Positions 11,731-23,720 of a DNA stretch of 64,000 bases are shown here, piece after piece (positions within the stretch are counted from its first letter, which is position 1; each line of letters begins with the position of its first letter). This stretch comes from Lama glama (taxonomy: Eukaryota). The stretch lies in the NCBI GenBank assembly GCA_028534125.1, contig CM052822.1, forward strand, positions 67,518,001-67,582,000. The letters are read 5' to 3'. Position numbers and translations under genes: made by a program. The notes under the pieces were generated by a model that ran no database searches, was not told the origin of the DNA, and saw only the letters and a program-made list of their open reading frames with translations.

Positions 11731-12789
11731 CAATTTTTTCACAACCAAAAGGGCAAACACACTACTAGATTTAGAAACACTTTTATTTTAAAATATGTAG
11801 AATGGGTTATAATTCAAAATATACCTCATGATTTAGAGCTATTGCTAAGTAATTTTAAGTCATTTTCTGTTAACATTTTATCTGGAAAAGATCTGAAATG
11901 ACTGAAAAGCAAAACAAAAAACAAAAACTTCCCAAGCTCCAAGATTCGAAATTCAAGAAAAATGTTCCAGATCTCAGCATGAAATGACCCAAAATAGGCA
12001 ATATAATTTTCACATCTCTTGGAAAACTACTGAGTCATACTGCCCACCCACAGCTTATAAAAATAACAGAAATCCAATGATTCAAGCAAGATACACTCTG
12101 TCATTGTCTGAAGCAAACATTTGAGTCATTCAGGAAAATGAGGAGCGAAGTCCCATCAGGGACAAAAGTTTAAATTCCGTGTCCCAAGGAAAACTTGGCA
12201 GTGAGGAATTCTTTCCAACCCCAAACACACCTTTTCCTGGCACCCTGGGATACCTGAGGGCCACAGATTGCCCTCTGCCAAGAGAATAACAAAGAGGACC
12301 TGCTGATCCAGGCAGAGCATAGCAGAGAGTGCAGCGAGCGAGCGGTGATTAGGACTCAGAAACAGTCCCCAGGGGAGAAGGTCACGCGTCCTAGATGAAG
12401 GGTGTGAAAGGCTTGCCAGAGACCCTCAGGAGCCACACAGCAGATGGAGGCCACACCTCGTCCACCCTCTGAGCTCCCTTCACCTCCCAGACCCTCTTTA
12501 TCTTTTCCTAGACTCAGAAGCAGCAGCCTAGCCCTCCACCCATGATTATAGAACCCCTGCCCTCCCTCTTGCTGAGCCTTTTCTGTGCCTTATCCCCTTC
12601 CTTGCTTATGCATCTTTCCTCTCCTGCTCCCATGAACCCTTTTCTCTCTCTTCCCACAAGTCCGGGTTTCCCTGCACACTGACTAGCAGAGGGTCTGATG
12701 GCAGTACTGCTCAAGAAGTGTCTGACCTGGAGAAAATAACAAAGCCAGAAGGAATTCTAAACAAGCTGCCCCCGAGCCTGTCACTGCCC

Positions 12790-13180
12790 TAGGAACTGAT
12801 CTATCTGTCTCCTTCTCCCACCAGGAACCTGGGTACCTCCATTTCCTCATTATCCATCACTCTCCAATTGCTGGAATTTGGTTTTCACCACTAGGACTTT
12901 ACTGAAATGCCTCCTTCCCCCCCAGTCAGATGAATAAGAAAGAGTCTTTACCAAGCCCTATGAATTCTTTCTTTACAATTGTTTTTCTCATTGACCCCCC
13001 TCTCTCCCGTCTCCTCCTTCCTTCCTACCACACGCATGGATTCTTGCAGTCCCCAGCCCCAGAATTTCTCCAAAGCTTTAGCCTCTCACTCCTCCAGTTC
13101 AGCTCAAGACATCTTCCTAAAGCATCTCACTGACCCACACTGGCCAGCTCATGAAACGTTAATAGATCTCCATCACCCCC
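12790..13180 (+). mobile_element. L2 LINE fragments
   Basis: Pyrimidine-rich L2-like segments (ggttttcaccact...actgaaa; atcttcctaaagcat). Confidence 0.45.
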
Positions 13181-13436
13181 TGAATAAATATATATTTTTT
13201 GTTTCGATAAAGCCAAAAATCTGCAAGGTAGGCTGGCAGGCTGGTGACCCAGGGAAGAGTTGATGTTTGAGCTCGGGCCCAAAAGCAGTCGGCTGGCAGA
13301 GTTCCCTCTTCCTTAGGAGATATTTGTCTTTTTCTTAAGGCCTTCAACTAATTGTGTCAGGCCCACCCACATTATGGAAGGCAATCTGCTTTCTTGAATT
13401 CCACCCAATTAAACATTCATACCACCCAAAAAATGC

Positions 13437-13812
13437 TCCATTGGTCAGCTTGTGCAGCTATATATCAAATACCATAAGCTGGGGGAGGGGGCAGCTTAAA
13501 CTGCAGATATTCACTTCTCACAGTTCTGGAGACTAGAAAGTCCAAGATCGGGTTCTGGCCATTTCAGTTCCTGGTGAAAGTCCACTTTCTGGTTTGCAGA
13601 TGGNNNNNNNNNNNNNNNNNNNNNNNNNNNNNNNNNNNNNNNNNNNNNNNNNNNNNNNNNNNNNNNNNNNNNNNNNNNNNNNNNNNNNNNNNNNNNNNNN
13701 NNNNNNNNNNNNNNNNNNNNNNNNNNNNNNNNNNNNNNNNNNNNNNNNNNNNNNNNNNNNNNNNNNNNNNNCCACATATGAATTTAGGGGGACACAAACA
13801 TTCAGTGTATAG
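13437..13812 (-). mobile_element. MLT1A-type MaLR LTR (contains a gap)
   Basis: tctcacagttctggagactagaaagtccaagatc...catatgaatttagggggacacaaacattcag; flanked by aaatgc on both sides. Confidence 0.85.
13604..13771. other. Assembly gap
   Basis: Run of N. Confidence 1.
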
Positions 13813-13899
13813 GAAATGCTTCACAGAAACATCTAGAAATATCTGAGTATTGTGGCCTCGCCAAGTGGACACAGAAAATGAACCATCATAACTTCTCCA

Positions 13900-14172
13900 A
13901 ACTCTGAGGTTGGCTTCCTCTCAACTCAAGACACACTGGGCTCCATTAGGGTCTGTCTCCCTCTACAACAGATGGAGACTCTCCAGATAGATCTGGGGGA
14001 TTTTGTGGTGCTCTTCGTTTGTTTCTATTATTTTGGATATCAGTGTCTTGCATTGCCTGTTGTATGATATCTGAAAACTATTCTTTCATATATGTCAGCT
14101 GGTTTGTAATTGCTTTAAGTGGGCGGGTAAATCTGGTCCCTGTTGCTCCATTATGTCTAGAAGCAGAAGTCT
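13900..14172 (-). mobile_element. Old L1 5' UTR fragment (L1M/L1ME)
   Basis: gggcgggtaaatctggtccctgttgctccattatgtctagaagcagaagtc is the reverse complement of an ancient L1 5' terminus. Confidence 0.7.
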
Positions 14173-15599
14173 ATCTCCACATCATACTATGAAGAGTACT
14201 TTGTTCATCTAAATGATCAGTACTAATCTAAAATAGCATTTTTGTTTTCTGATTTCAAAATTAGTCTGTTTCTCACAGAAGACTTTTTAACTACAGAAGA
14301 ATACAAAGAAAAACACAGTTCACACATAACCTCCGACCTTTTGCTGTAGGATCCTCCTCTCTTTATGAATACATTTATGAATATTACTGTTCTCATTATT
14401 ACTAACTTGGTAAACACTTGTGAATGAAACCAGTGAATTGGTGCTAAAGGATTAGGGACCACAAACACACACACACAAACACACACACGAATTCTTAGAG
14501 AATCCCCCTGACTCCTCAGTGGGAAACAATTCTCTGCAAGCAGGTGGATGGAGCTGCTGAACGAGGAAGTCCCTCCTTCCAGGGGTTACTTACAGAGTTT
14601 GGACAATAGTCTGAATATAGAGCCCAAACCCCACCAGCTTTTTGAGTTGCCCTAAGTCGGCAGGCCCCCAGAACAACACTTTCCATTCAGGAAAGGAAAG
14701 TGCAGAGGGTGCCTTGTGGTGTGCCAAGGAGTCTAGTCTGAAACGGCAGAGGACGGCGGACAGAAGGAGAGCACAATAAATCTGAGAGATCTCAGGTGCT
14801 CAGCGCTGCTGAGGCAACGTCTGCTACACCCCGGTAGAGAAAGAGTCACCCCAAGTTCCCTGACTTCACGGATAAAATGCCCTCATTCCCTCCTCTTTGT
14901 GTCCTGCTCACGGCAGGCAGACCACCAATATTTGTTACAGTCCTGAATGGAATTTATGAATGAGATAAGAGAAGGACTCTAAGAAGCCAAGCCTTTCCCT
15001 GGAAAGCTCAATCTCTCCATGATGGCTTTACCTTAGCAGAGTATGACATTAACTCTGCCTACACCCGATCTGAGGTGTCCTGACCCATTCCACAGGGACA
15101 GGGGGTCCAATTAATTGGCTCACAGACACAGAATTTTTTTTTTTAATCACCCTTCAGTTTTCAACTGTCTGACTCTCAACCATTGTAAAGGGGATCAGGC
15201 AGGCATCCTTAGACTTGCCATTGACCTCTGACCTTTCAATTGCTTTTGGTGGCTCTCAGTCTGGGAGCAGTGGGGGAGGATGGGAGGAAGTTCAAGTGAC
15301 TACCAAGCATAACTAGAAGAAATTCTGTTTTGATGAGAATCCAGTAGAAAGCCTTGAAATATACAGCAACAGAATACAGGGAAAGAGTGAGAGAATCAGA
15401 TCCCTTTTTCTATGTGAAACACAGATGACCCTGAGGCTCGAGACATCAAGCAGCCTCAAACCAAATAAGCTCAGTCACACCCAGAAAACATCTTACATGG
15501 TAATCATCTCCCAGCTCTCACAGGGTTTGACAAGAGCGCCCATTTCCCCTCTTTCTTATCTCGGTTACGGAGGGCAGGCAGGATGTTATGGTAACTGAC

Positions 15600-15790
15600 A
15601 TCACTGGCACCAGATTTTGCACCCCAACACCACCAACCTGCACCAGTGTGACCTTGGGCAAGACCCCCATGTGCACGGTGGGGCTGAGTGTAACAGCACC
15701 TGCCTCATGAGATACCATGAGGTAGGAGTCAGGTGTTAGAATGTCCCTGGGACTTAGCAAATCTCAGTAAATCTGAACTATTATTATTTT
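15600..15790 (+). mobile_element. MIR SINE
   Basis: tgtgaccttgggcaag...taacagcacctgcctcatgag...ctcagtaaat...tattatt. Confidence 0.65.
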
Positions 15791-16579
15791 CTGTTCCAGA
15801 ACTTTCTCCTTCATGTTCCTTTAATTATTTGGTTTTATTTAAAGAAATTATGGGGGTAGAGTTAGAGAAATTAGAGGGTAGATTGTTACAAAAAGTCGAA
15901 GACATGATGAAACAAATATTCTGGTGGGGCGGGGGGACGGAATAGGGAAACGTGGGGATAGTGAATATATTAAATGGATAACATACACAAATGCCCTCTT
16001 AAAGATAGAAATCACTTTGCTATTCGGGAACATTAAAATATGTTATGTGTAACTTTCTTACAGAATGCTTTATATAAAAAAACTGTAAGAGCATAACTTA
16101 CCTAAGCAGTAACTGTACATTTATCAGTTGACTTTAAATGTTATAGGTTTTGAATTCTTGTTGTGAATGAAGCGGTAAGATGTCAAAGGAAACTGACTTG
16201 TCAGTTTTTGCCTATTTATGAGAATCAGACAAAATCTAAGAACTCGGGGGGCGGGGTCATCCTTACAGTAAAACAAAGAAAGTCATTATGTTCTCAGCAC
16301 TCAGTGTCCTCCACTGTGTCAAAAAGATACAGAAAGCTCTGGTTTCTAGAAAAGGAGATGAGAATAAAAAGAACCGAGATTCGCAGAGAACGTATTTTCC
16401 CTCCCCAGTGTTCTCTAATCAGTCTTGTTTTGTGTGCTGCCACTAACAAACATTTCTGCTTTTTCTTTGTTTCCTTTCTATCACTTTCAAGGATTTCAGA
16501 AGAATAAAGTCTCATCCAAAGTAAAATTAATTGTCCTATCTTTCCCACACTAGATTATTTCTGAAACAAATGGATGAAA

Positions 16580-16860
16580 TGCGTTTGTTCACTCCATAAA
16601 TAGAGATCTAGACACCCCCTCCCCAGTGTGCCAGGCACTGTGGTAATGGGTGTAAAGATGCACATGGCCCTGCCCGCAGGAGCTCACAGGCTGGGCAGGA
16701 GAGAGGCTTGTCCAGAAGTCAGTGCCCTGCAGAGATCCCGGAGCACCCCCTGACGTTCAGAGGGGGCCCTGGGGGATTGTGCTCGTCCAGAGGGAGAGGG
16801 GCTGAGTCTGCCCGTTGCAGGGAGGGTTAGGAAAGCTTTGGGAGGATACACTTGAGGACC
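16580..16860 (-). mobile_element. L2 LINE 3' end
   Basis: gtgtgccaggcactgtgg...catggccctgcccgcaggagctcacagg. Confidence 0.7.
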
Positions 16861-17689
16861 CCTTTTCAGACACTCTTTCCAAATGGACTTCCTCTTTCAT
16901 ATTCTGTAGGACTTGGGGTCTCTGGTGTCGTCAGGGCCCACTATTCGCAAAGGCCTCCTGAAAGCGTGGTGGGAATGTTATTAAGAGTTCCAAAATTAGC
17001 TGACATCACCAGGGTTACTCGCTAGCGAGCTCAGCCTAGCCTGTGGTTTCCTCCCTCAGTCAGTGTTTGTTAAAAGCCTACTGTGCACCCGGAGGCTCGC
17101 TCTCCCGATTCCCTCCGGGGAGCTCCCCCATTGAACCCAGACACCGTTCTTATCAAGGACAGTGACCCTGATATCTAGAAGTCCTTTGGGCACCTCACAT
17201 TTGGCTTAAAAGAGCTTCTTTGTTTTTATAAATGCTTACAGCATCTTAACAGGGGACCCCTTCCAAGATTCCCTGCAGAGTTCGTGATGTTTTTCTTCCA
17301 GATATTCTTTTTATCTCTTCTTGAAGATGGTATCTACCCTAGAGGCTTTTACGAGGATGACAAACGGTTGTGGCTGAGAGATGACTATCTTCTCAGCAGT
17401 AGTATCTTAGGAGTTAGTATCAGGAAGGGTGTGAAGGGAACATTAGTCCGGGTGGAAGTGGGGTGAGCAGACGGGGTGGGTCACAGTCCCAGGTGGCAGC
17501 AAGCTCCAAACCTCAGGGCGGGCTCCTAGAGTCTCAGGAGTGAGAAGCCAGTGCAGAGAGGGTGGGGAAAGGCCACCAGACCCCTTCACTAGCCATCTGC
17601 TTCCCACTCCATGTGAACACCAGGTCTTGATGATAGCACCTTCCTCTGACTTCCAGAAGCATTTATCCTCTGGACGACCTTCCCCAGAT

Positions 17690-18090
17690 CTGGGGACAAG
17701 TAGATGTCTCAGATTCCCAGGCATGTAAACTCTGGGACCAACCCTGGCACCCAGGAGGTTTACCGGGAAGGCCGTCAGGTTCAGTGGTGGGCGGGGAGTG
17801 AAGGAAGCCGGCTTGGGCAGAGGGAGGAGCTGAGCGGTGATGGGGTCATGAGAAAGGCCTCAGCTCCCCCACAGGGAGCTCTGGAGCTGGGATGGCCTTT
17901 CAGAGTGTCCAGAACTGGGGCAAGAGGGCCGTCCCTCAGCACTGACCAGTCAGTGGATGTGGGCTGCCCCAGGGGAAGGAAGTGACCTTGAACACAGAGG
18001 GCAATTCCTGGAAAGAGACTCAACTCAAGAGCCATCAGCCATCTGCTCCCATCAGACCCGCAGAATCCACTACTGAGGGGCAGAATTACA
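17690..18090 (-). mobile_element. LTR16-family (ERVL) solo LTR, LTR16C-like
   Basis: gggcagagggag...aggcctcagc...gggagctctggagctgggatggcctttcagagt...gaccagtcagtggatgtgggctgcccc...gagggcaattcctgg. Confidence 0.8.
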
Positions 18091-18389
18091 AAATAAGTGA
18101 CCCATCTTCACCTGTACTTCTCGTTTTGTGTCTACACTAGATGATAAATAAACACATGATGGGGAAGACTTGTCCTTCCAGCTCTGTAGCCCTCACCACG
18201 CCAGGCCTCCTGAAGGTCTCCCCAGACAGGATTACCGAGCGGGCCTGCAACGACCCTACCTCAATCCTCCATGCTACAGGGATGCCAGCCACGATACCCA
18301 GGCATGCAGAGGACTGTCACTCTGCTCAGAATCCCTCGTCTTCCTATCAGGAAGCTGGGGGATCAAGCGTGCCTCTCAGCAGCTCAGCC

Positions 18390-18570
18390 TCCTGCTCCTC
18401 AGTACAGCGGGTCGTGAGGTGTTCGGCACCACCTGCAGACTTGATAGAAATGCACAATCTCGGCCCACCCCAGACTTTTAGATCTGAAATTCCAGGGGTG
18501 GGGCTGGCAACAAGTGTCCTGACAAGCCCTCCAGGGACTCAGGCCCATATCTGAAAGCATGGCTTGACCT
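18390..18570. mobile_element. MER5A (hAT-Charlie)
   Basis: cttgatagaaatgcacaatctcggcccaccccagac...ggggtggggc...acaagccctccaggg. Confidence 0.8.
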
Positions 18571-19370
18571 ACGTGGTCTGTAAATCAAGCCTCCACAAGG
18601 GCCCACAGCTGGCCGGGGAAGACAAGGACAAGCACAGGGAGCACAGAGGATCGAGGTCAGGGTGTCCGTCCAAGGGCTCCCCCTGGCCCAGGGAACAGGG
18701 GTGGAAGCCAGGCAGCCCTGATGCCGCCTGAGTTGAGGTGACAAAGGTGGGCGAGCGTCTTTGCGCGCGGCCCACCTCCTGCTGTGTGCTGGGGTCTCAG
18801 GGCCGGCTGCTGAAGGGAAGTCCCCTGGGTGCTTACTTCCTTGGCTGAGAAAAAACAAACCTCTGCCCAAGCCACTCCCCTCTGTGGGAAGGAGAAGTGA
18901 AAACAGGGCTGCAGCCCGGAGGAAGGAGGCTGGTGGGGGGGACTCTGGAGACACCGAGACTTTCTGGTTTACTCTGACAGCACCACCCCGGCCATTCTAG
19001 GAAAACAGAAGTGGCTCCCTCAGGAAGCTGGTTCCATTTCTGTAGCTGCCCACCAAGCGAGAATTTGCTGAAACCTGTCCATGTTCTGGATGCAGAAGAT
19101 AGAGCTCTGTCTGACAGGTTCATGGAACCCAGTTAAGAGACAGCAGCAGAGGGACTGGCCTGCATTAGTAGGAGGGACGCAGGGGAGATGCCACAGAGGA
19201 GGCTGGAAGGAAGGAAGGCCTGGAGGCCAGGAGGAGAGGAGAGGAAAAGGTTGGGGGCATGAAAGTGCAGGACCACAGGGAGGCCAGGGAGGAAGCCAGC
19301 CCCACAAGAACAGAGAGTCCTGCAAAATGAGCTGGGCGAGAGGTCAAGCCAGCCCGGGGAGCCTCCTCCC

Positions 19371-19465
19371 CAGGGTTGCCAGATAAAGTACAGGATGTTC
19401 GGTTCTATCTGAATTTCAAATAAACAAAGAATAATTTTTAGCATAAGTATGTCCAAAATATTGCA
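19371..19465 (+). mobile_element. MER53 palindromic MITE, left arm only
   Basis: cagggttgccagataaagtacagga...tgaatttcaaataaacaaagaataatttttagcataagtatgtccaaaatattgca. Confidence 0.85.
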
Positions 19466-19519
19466 AGACTTTTCATTTGAAAATATTCTTCCTTGTTTAC
19501 ATTTTATTTTATAGTTCTT

Positions 19520-19880
19520 TGCCTTCTCCTCAGGAGGATCTTATGAGGTGGTCCTATTTTCACCATCATTTCCATTTTACAGACAAGAAGACTGAGTCAC
19601 AGAGCTGCCCTCGGCCACACAACTAGCAAGTCTGTTTCCACCATCTGTTTTCCTAACTTCTAGGCTACTTTACAGAGTTTGGAGTTCATCAGACCTTGAT
19701 TCAAAGCCTGGCTCTGCCACTTACTGGGTAACAACTAGTAACGATGATCTCTAGCAAGTCATTTAGCCTCTCTGAGCCTCAATTTCCTCAAACAGTTCCT
19801 GCCTCACAGCGTTTTGCGAGAATGAAGTGAGGTAATTAATTGAAGGAAAGAGAAGTGCTCAAAAAATGATGTTTCAATGA
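19520..19880. mobile_element. Two adjacent MIR fragments in opposite orientation (minus about 19520-19660, plus about 19670-19880)
   Basis: ccattttacagacaagaagactgagtcacagag (minus core); gcaagtcatttagcctctctgagcctcaatttcctca (plus core). Confidence 0.75.
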
Positions 19881-21597
19881 GGAGGAGGAGGACGAAGATA
19901 ATGATGGCGGTGGTGGTGATGAGCCTTGAAACCCAAAAAGAGGAGTCATTGATGAAAAACCACGGGCAGGCTCTGCTGGGGGCAGGGGTTCAGTGCCTAC
20001 CCTTCTAGCTCACGTTCTCGATTGCAAGCAGGGCGGGCCTTTCCCCTTGTCTATTGGCCCCTCGATTCTCTGTCCAGATGTGCCTACATCCCAGTTCTTG
20101 CTGCCATCAGGGAAAAAATCCAACAGACGGAGCATTTTGGACCCATCACCAACTACACATGACAAATGGTTTCCCTTCTCTGTTATGTAACTCTGCCTAA
20201 CTCAGCCGGCCAGTGCGCATGCCCTGCACTCCTTTAATCTACGCATCTACTGAGTAAGATCCAGACAGAAACTATCTGATGATTAGGTTCGGTTTTAGTC
20301 ATTTCCTGCCTTCTCAGGACAAGTCAGGTCTAGAGTTTTGCTCCTGGCCCCTCAGCCTCCCACTGAAGCCGCCTCCCTCCTCCAGGTCTGCTTAGCAATC
20401 GGGCATCCCTGATGGGCAGTCTCACCTTTCCACACCTGGGCTAGGTGTCTGGGGTGCTGGGGACACAGCCCTCAGCAAAGAGGACCTTCTGCCTTGGACT
20501 GTGACTGTTTACATGTTTACTCCTTATGATGTTCATCATCAGTGCGTCATGTAGTTATGAATTCTAGTAAATAAACTAAGGAAAGGTCCGGTCAGTTCTC
20601 TCACTGGAACACTCTGTCTCCCAGGACTGAAAGAGCCACAGTCAGCCCTGTCCTTCAGCAGTCCTGACTGGCTCTCAGTCTGATCTGTGTGACTCTTTTG
20701 TTCCTAGTCGTGTTTCAGGCAGTGTAAATTACAACAGAGAAAAAGAGAGACAAGATTCCCTCTTTCATGGGGTAAACAATATTTTTGACCCAGATTCCAA
20801 CCATGTGGTCACTCCCAGTCTCTACTGAACTCACTCTCTTATTATCTTGACTTTCAGGACCAGTGACCCCTGTCTCCAGACTGCCCACCAGGCTCTGGTT
20901 CTGCCCGCTCCTAACTGTCAACTGCGAAGGGCATCTCCAGATCTCACCTGTTCCCATGCTCCTCACCTGCATGGCCCTTGTGAGTTTCCAGCCTTTCTCA
21001 GACCCTCCCAGCCTAGTGCTGAGTTCTACTCCAAAGATCCGTGGCCACCCACCTCAAAGTGCTGACAACGCCCGGAGTCCAGCCATCTGGCCCTCAGAAA
21101 CTGTCCCCAGCTCTATGCCAAGCTGCCCTGCAGATTGGCCCTGGGTTCCCTAGGAAACTGCAGGGTGAACTGGCTGCCAAGTCAATGGAGGGTTTCAGCC
21201 ATGTGGTTGGCCACCTGGGCAGAGGCCTTGCTGATTGCTTTCTTACCTGGCACTTCCCCTTCCTGAGCTCTGGAGCCCAACCCTATCTGAGTCACTTGGG
21301 CCTGGGAAACCTGTTCCTTTGGAGTCATTTACAATTTGGAAACCTCGTCCCTCTGGATCACAGGCACCTTGGTTATCTGCTGAGCGCCTTGCCTTAATTA
21401 AGTCTTTTGGACTCTGAAAGAGTTCACACTGTTCCTGGTGTTGCTCCCCGGCGTCCTAGGCCTGTGAGAACCGGACTCCAAGAACCGGCCACCCTGTCCC
21501 TAGAAACCAAGTCTCTGAGTCGCCAGAGTCTTGGTTTCTCTCCTCCATCAACAGAACCCTGCAGTTGTGTCAGAGTCCTCTTCCTCTTGCCCTGCCA

Positions 21598-22615
21598 CAC
21601 ATTCATCCACTTATCCAGTCAAGCAGTGTTTACAGAGCATGTGCTTTGGAGCCAGGTAATGTGCTAGTTGCCCAACAAGGAGAGGCAAGACATGATTCCT
21701 GGACCAGAGGAGCTCACAGACCAGCAGAAGGCATCAAAATAGATCTAAACCATTTCAACAATGTGAACAATGTCACAGTAGGTTGAGGCAAGTTCAAGGT
21801 ACCAGGGGAGCACCTGGGAAGGGCGTCTAACTCACATCCATGGGTGCAGGGACTGTCTTCCTCCATGAGTGACATGGAGTCTAAGCTGAATCGTGAATGG
21901 CAGTAAGAGCTAGTGAAGGGGCTTGAGTGGCAACAGCATTCCAGATCTCACGTGTAAAAACCCACGGAGAGAGCAACACAAAATGGGAAACGGAAAATGT
22001 CAGCATGACTGAGGCAGCTGGAGAGGGATACCAGGCCTGACCATAAAGAAGGAGTTAGTTGGTATCCTTAAGGCAATTGGAAACCACTGAGGGATTGTAA
22101 GTGGTACCTACCCCATCTGCTCTACTCTTCATGACCAGAGCTACACTTTGGGATGCTTGCTCTGCCATCTGATGGAGAATAAGTCAGTGGGAAGGCAAGG
22201 TACTGGGCAAAATAGGCGACTGCGGCAGGATTCCAAGCATGTGATAACAGCCGGCACCAAGAGGGCAGCAAGAAGTATTGGGAATGTGAGATCAGTGGGA
22301 CCGAGTGGTTGACTGTGCATCAAGTGTGAGGGGGAGGGAGAGCCTAGAACGATGCCCAGGAGGCCAGGATGATGGACTATGAGAGTGCGGCAGGGCCACG
22401 AGCTGTCACCAGAGGATAAAGGAGGAATGGGGGACCAAGTCCTGAACGGGAAGAGTAGTGCTGAGTTTAAAGTGGCCATAGGACATGCTGTGAGGGAGCT
22501 GTGTCTCCAAGAGCCATCTTGGCCAAGGACAGAGGTCTCAGAGATCAGCACGCTGCTTAATGGAAGACATGCACATGGCTGAGTGAGAAGAGCAGAAGGC
22601 TGACGATGGAGAATT
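21598..22615 (-). mobile_element. L2 LINE (3' about 1 kb); probably resumes at about 23750-25120
   Basis: attcatccac tail, gagctcacaga, ggcaattggaaaccactgagggattgtaag and colinear upstream L2 segments. Confidence 0.8.
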
Positions 22616-22619
22616 AACA

Positions 22620-23720
22620 GGCAGGAATTTACATAGTTTCAAAGTGTCTTCCAGACATGATACTTTTTATCATGACAGAAAAGTAACTTGATAATGGAGA
22701 AACCTGCCAGACAGCACTTTGAACCAATGATCGAAATTAACATCACCAGGAATGAGGCAAACAGACATCATGTCCCTCCTGACAGGATGCACTGAGAAAG
22801 ACACAACATCACTTCTGCAATATTCCTGCCCAAAATGCATAATCTGAGTCTAATCCTGAGGGAACATCAGCCAAATCCATACTGAAGGTCATTCTACAAA
22901 ATAACTGTCCTGTGCTCTTCAAAAATGTCAAGGTCATAAAGGACAAAGAATGGCTAAGGAACTGTTCTGGGTTAAAGGAGACTGAGGAACGAACATAATG
23001 ACTAAAAGATTCAATGTATGATCCTAGATTAGACCCTACAGCAGGAAAAAAAAAAGTTTTTCTTTCCTTTTGCTACAATTGCTTTGTGACAATTAGCAAA
23101 ACTTGAAATAAAGCTTATAGTCAACACAGACATTACCATAGGCTGTACTATATCAGTGTTTCTGTAATATTGATCTGACTTATCACTGAACTGTGTAAGA
23201 GAATGCTCTTTTTAGGATATAACAAGAGAAGTATTTAGAGGTAAAGGAGAATTATGTCTACAACTTACTCTCTATGGTTCAGGAAAAAAATAATAGAGAT
23301 AGATAGATAGCCAGACAGGCAGATAAAGATAAAGTAAATGTGATAAAATGTTAATTGTTAACATTTGGGGAGTCTGGGCACAGGTATCCTGCAATTCTTT
23401 GTGGCATTGGTTTCAACTTTTCTGTAAGTCTGAAATTATTTTGAGATGTGTGTTAAATGCTAGAGTTAAAACTGACTTGTGAGTTGTTCCTCTAAAAATT
23501 TCAGTTCCCATCTCTGCCCCTTCCCTCTTTTGCAATATAACTCTGCCTTCAAATAGCATTCCTTTTTTAAAAATTGTGGTAGAGAAATATATAACGTTAA
23601 ATATACCAGCTTTGCCATTTTTAAAGTGCACAGTTCAGCAGTGTTAAGTATATTTACATTGTTATACAACAGCTTTCTGTAAGTCTGAAATTATTTTTAA
23701 ATAAAAGCTTTTTAAAAAGA
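22620..23720 (+). mobile_element. L1MC4/L1MC5-type 3' UTR inserted into L2
   Basis: aacatcaccaggaatgaggcaaacagacatcatgt...aacatcacttctgcaatattcctgcccaaaatgcataatct...ttttctgtaagtctgaaattattt...aaataaaa, then an A/GAAAG tail. Confidence 0.85.
23443..23673 (-). mobile_element. 231-bp insertion (old L1MB-like 3' end plus unique sequence) flanked by a 24-bp direct repeat
   Basis: tttctgtaagtctgaaattatttt at 23419-23442 and 23674-23697; 23565-23672 is an antisense L1 3' terminus. Confidence 0.75.

Larger units (their letters stand above)
13210..13891 (-). mobile_element. MLT2 (ERVL) LTR split by an MLT1 insertion
   Basis: ggctggcaggctggtgacccagggaagagttgatg...ggccttcaactaattg...cccacccacattatggaagg; resumes at ttcacagaaacatctagaa...ccaagtggacacagaaaatgaaccatca. 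Confidence 0.85.
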
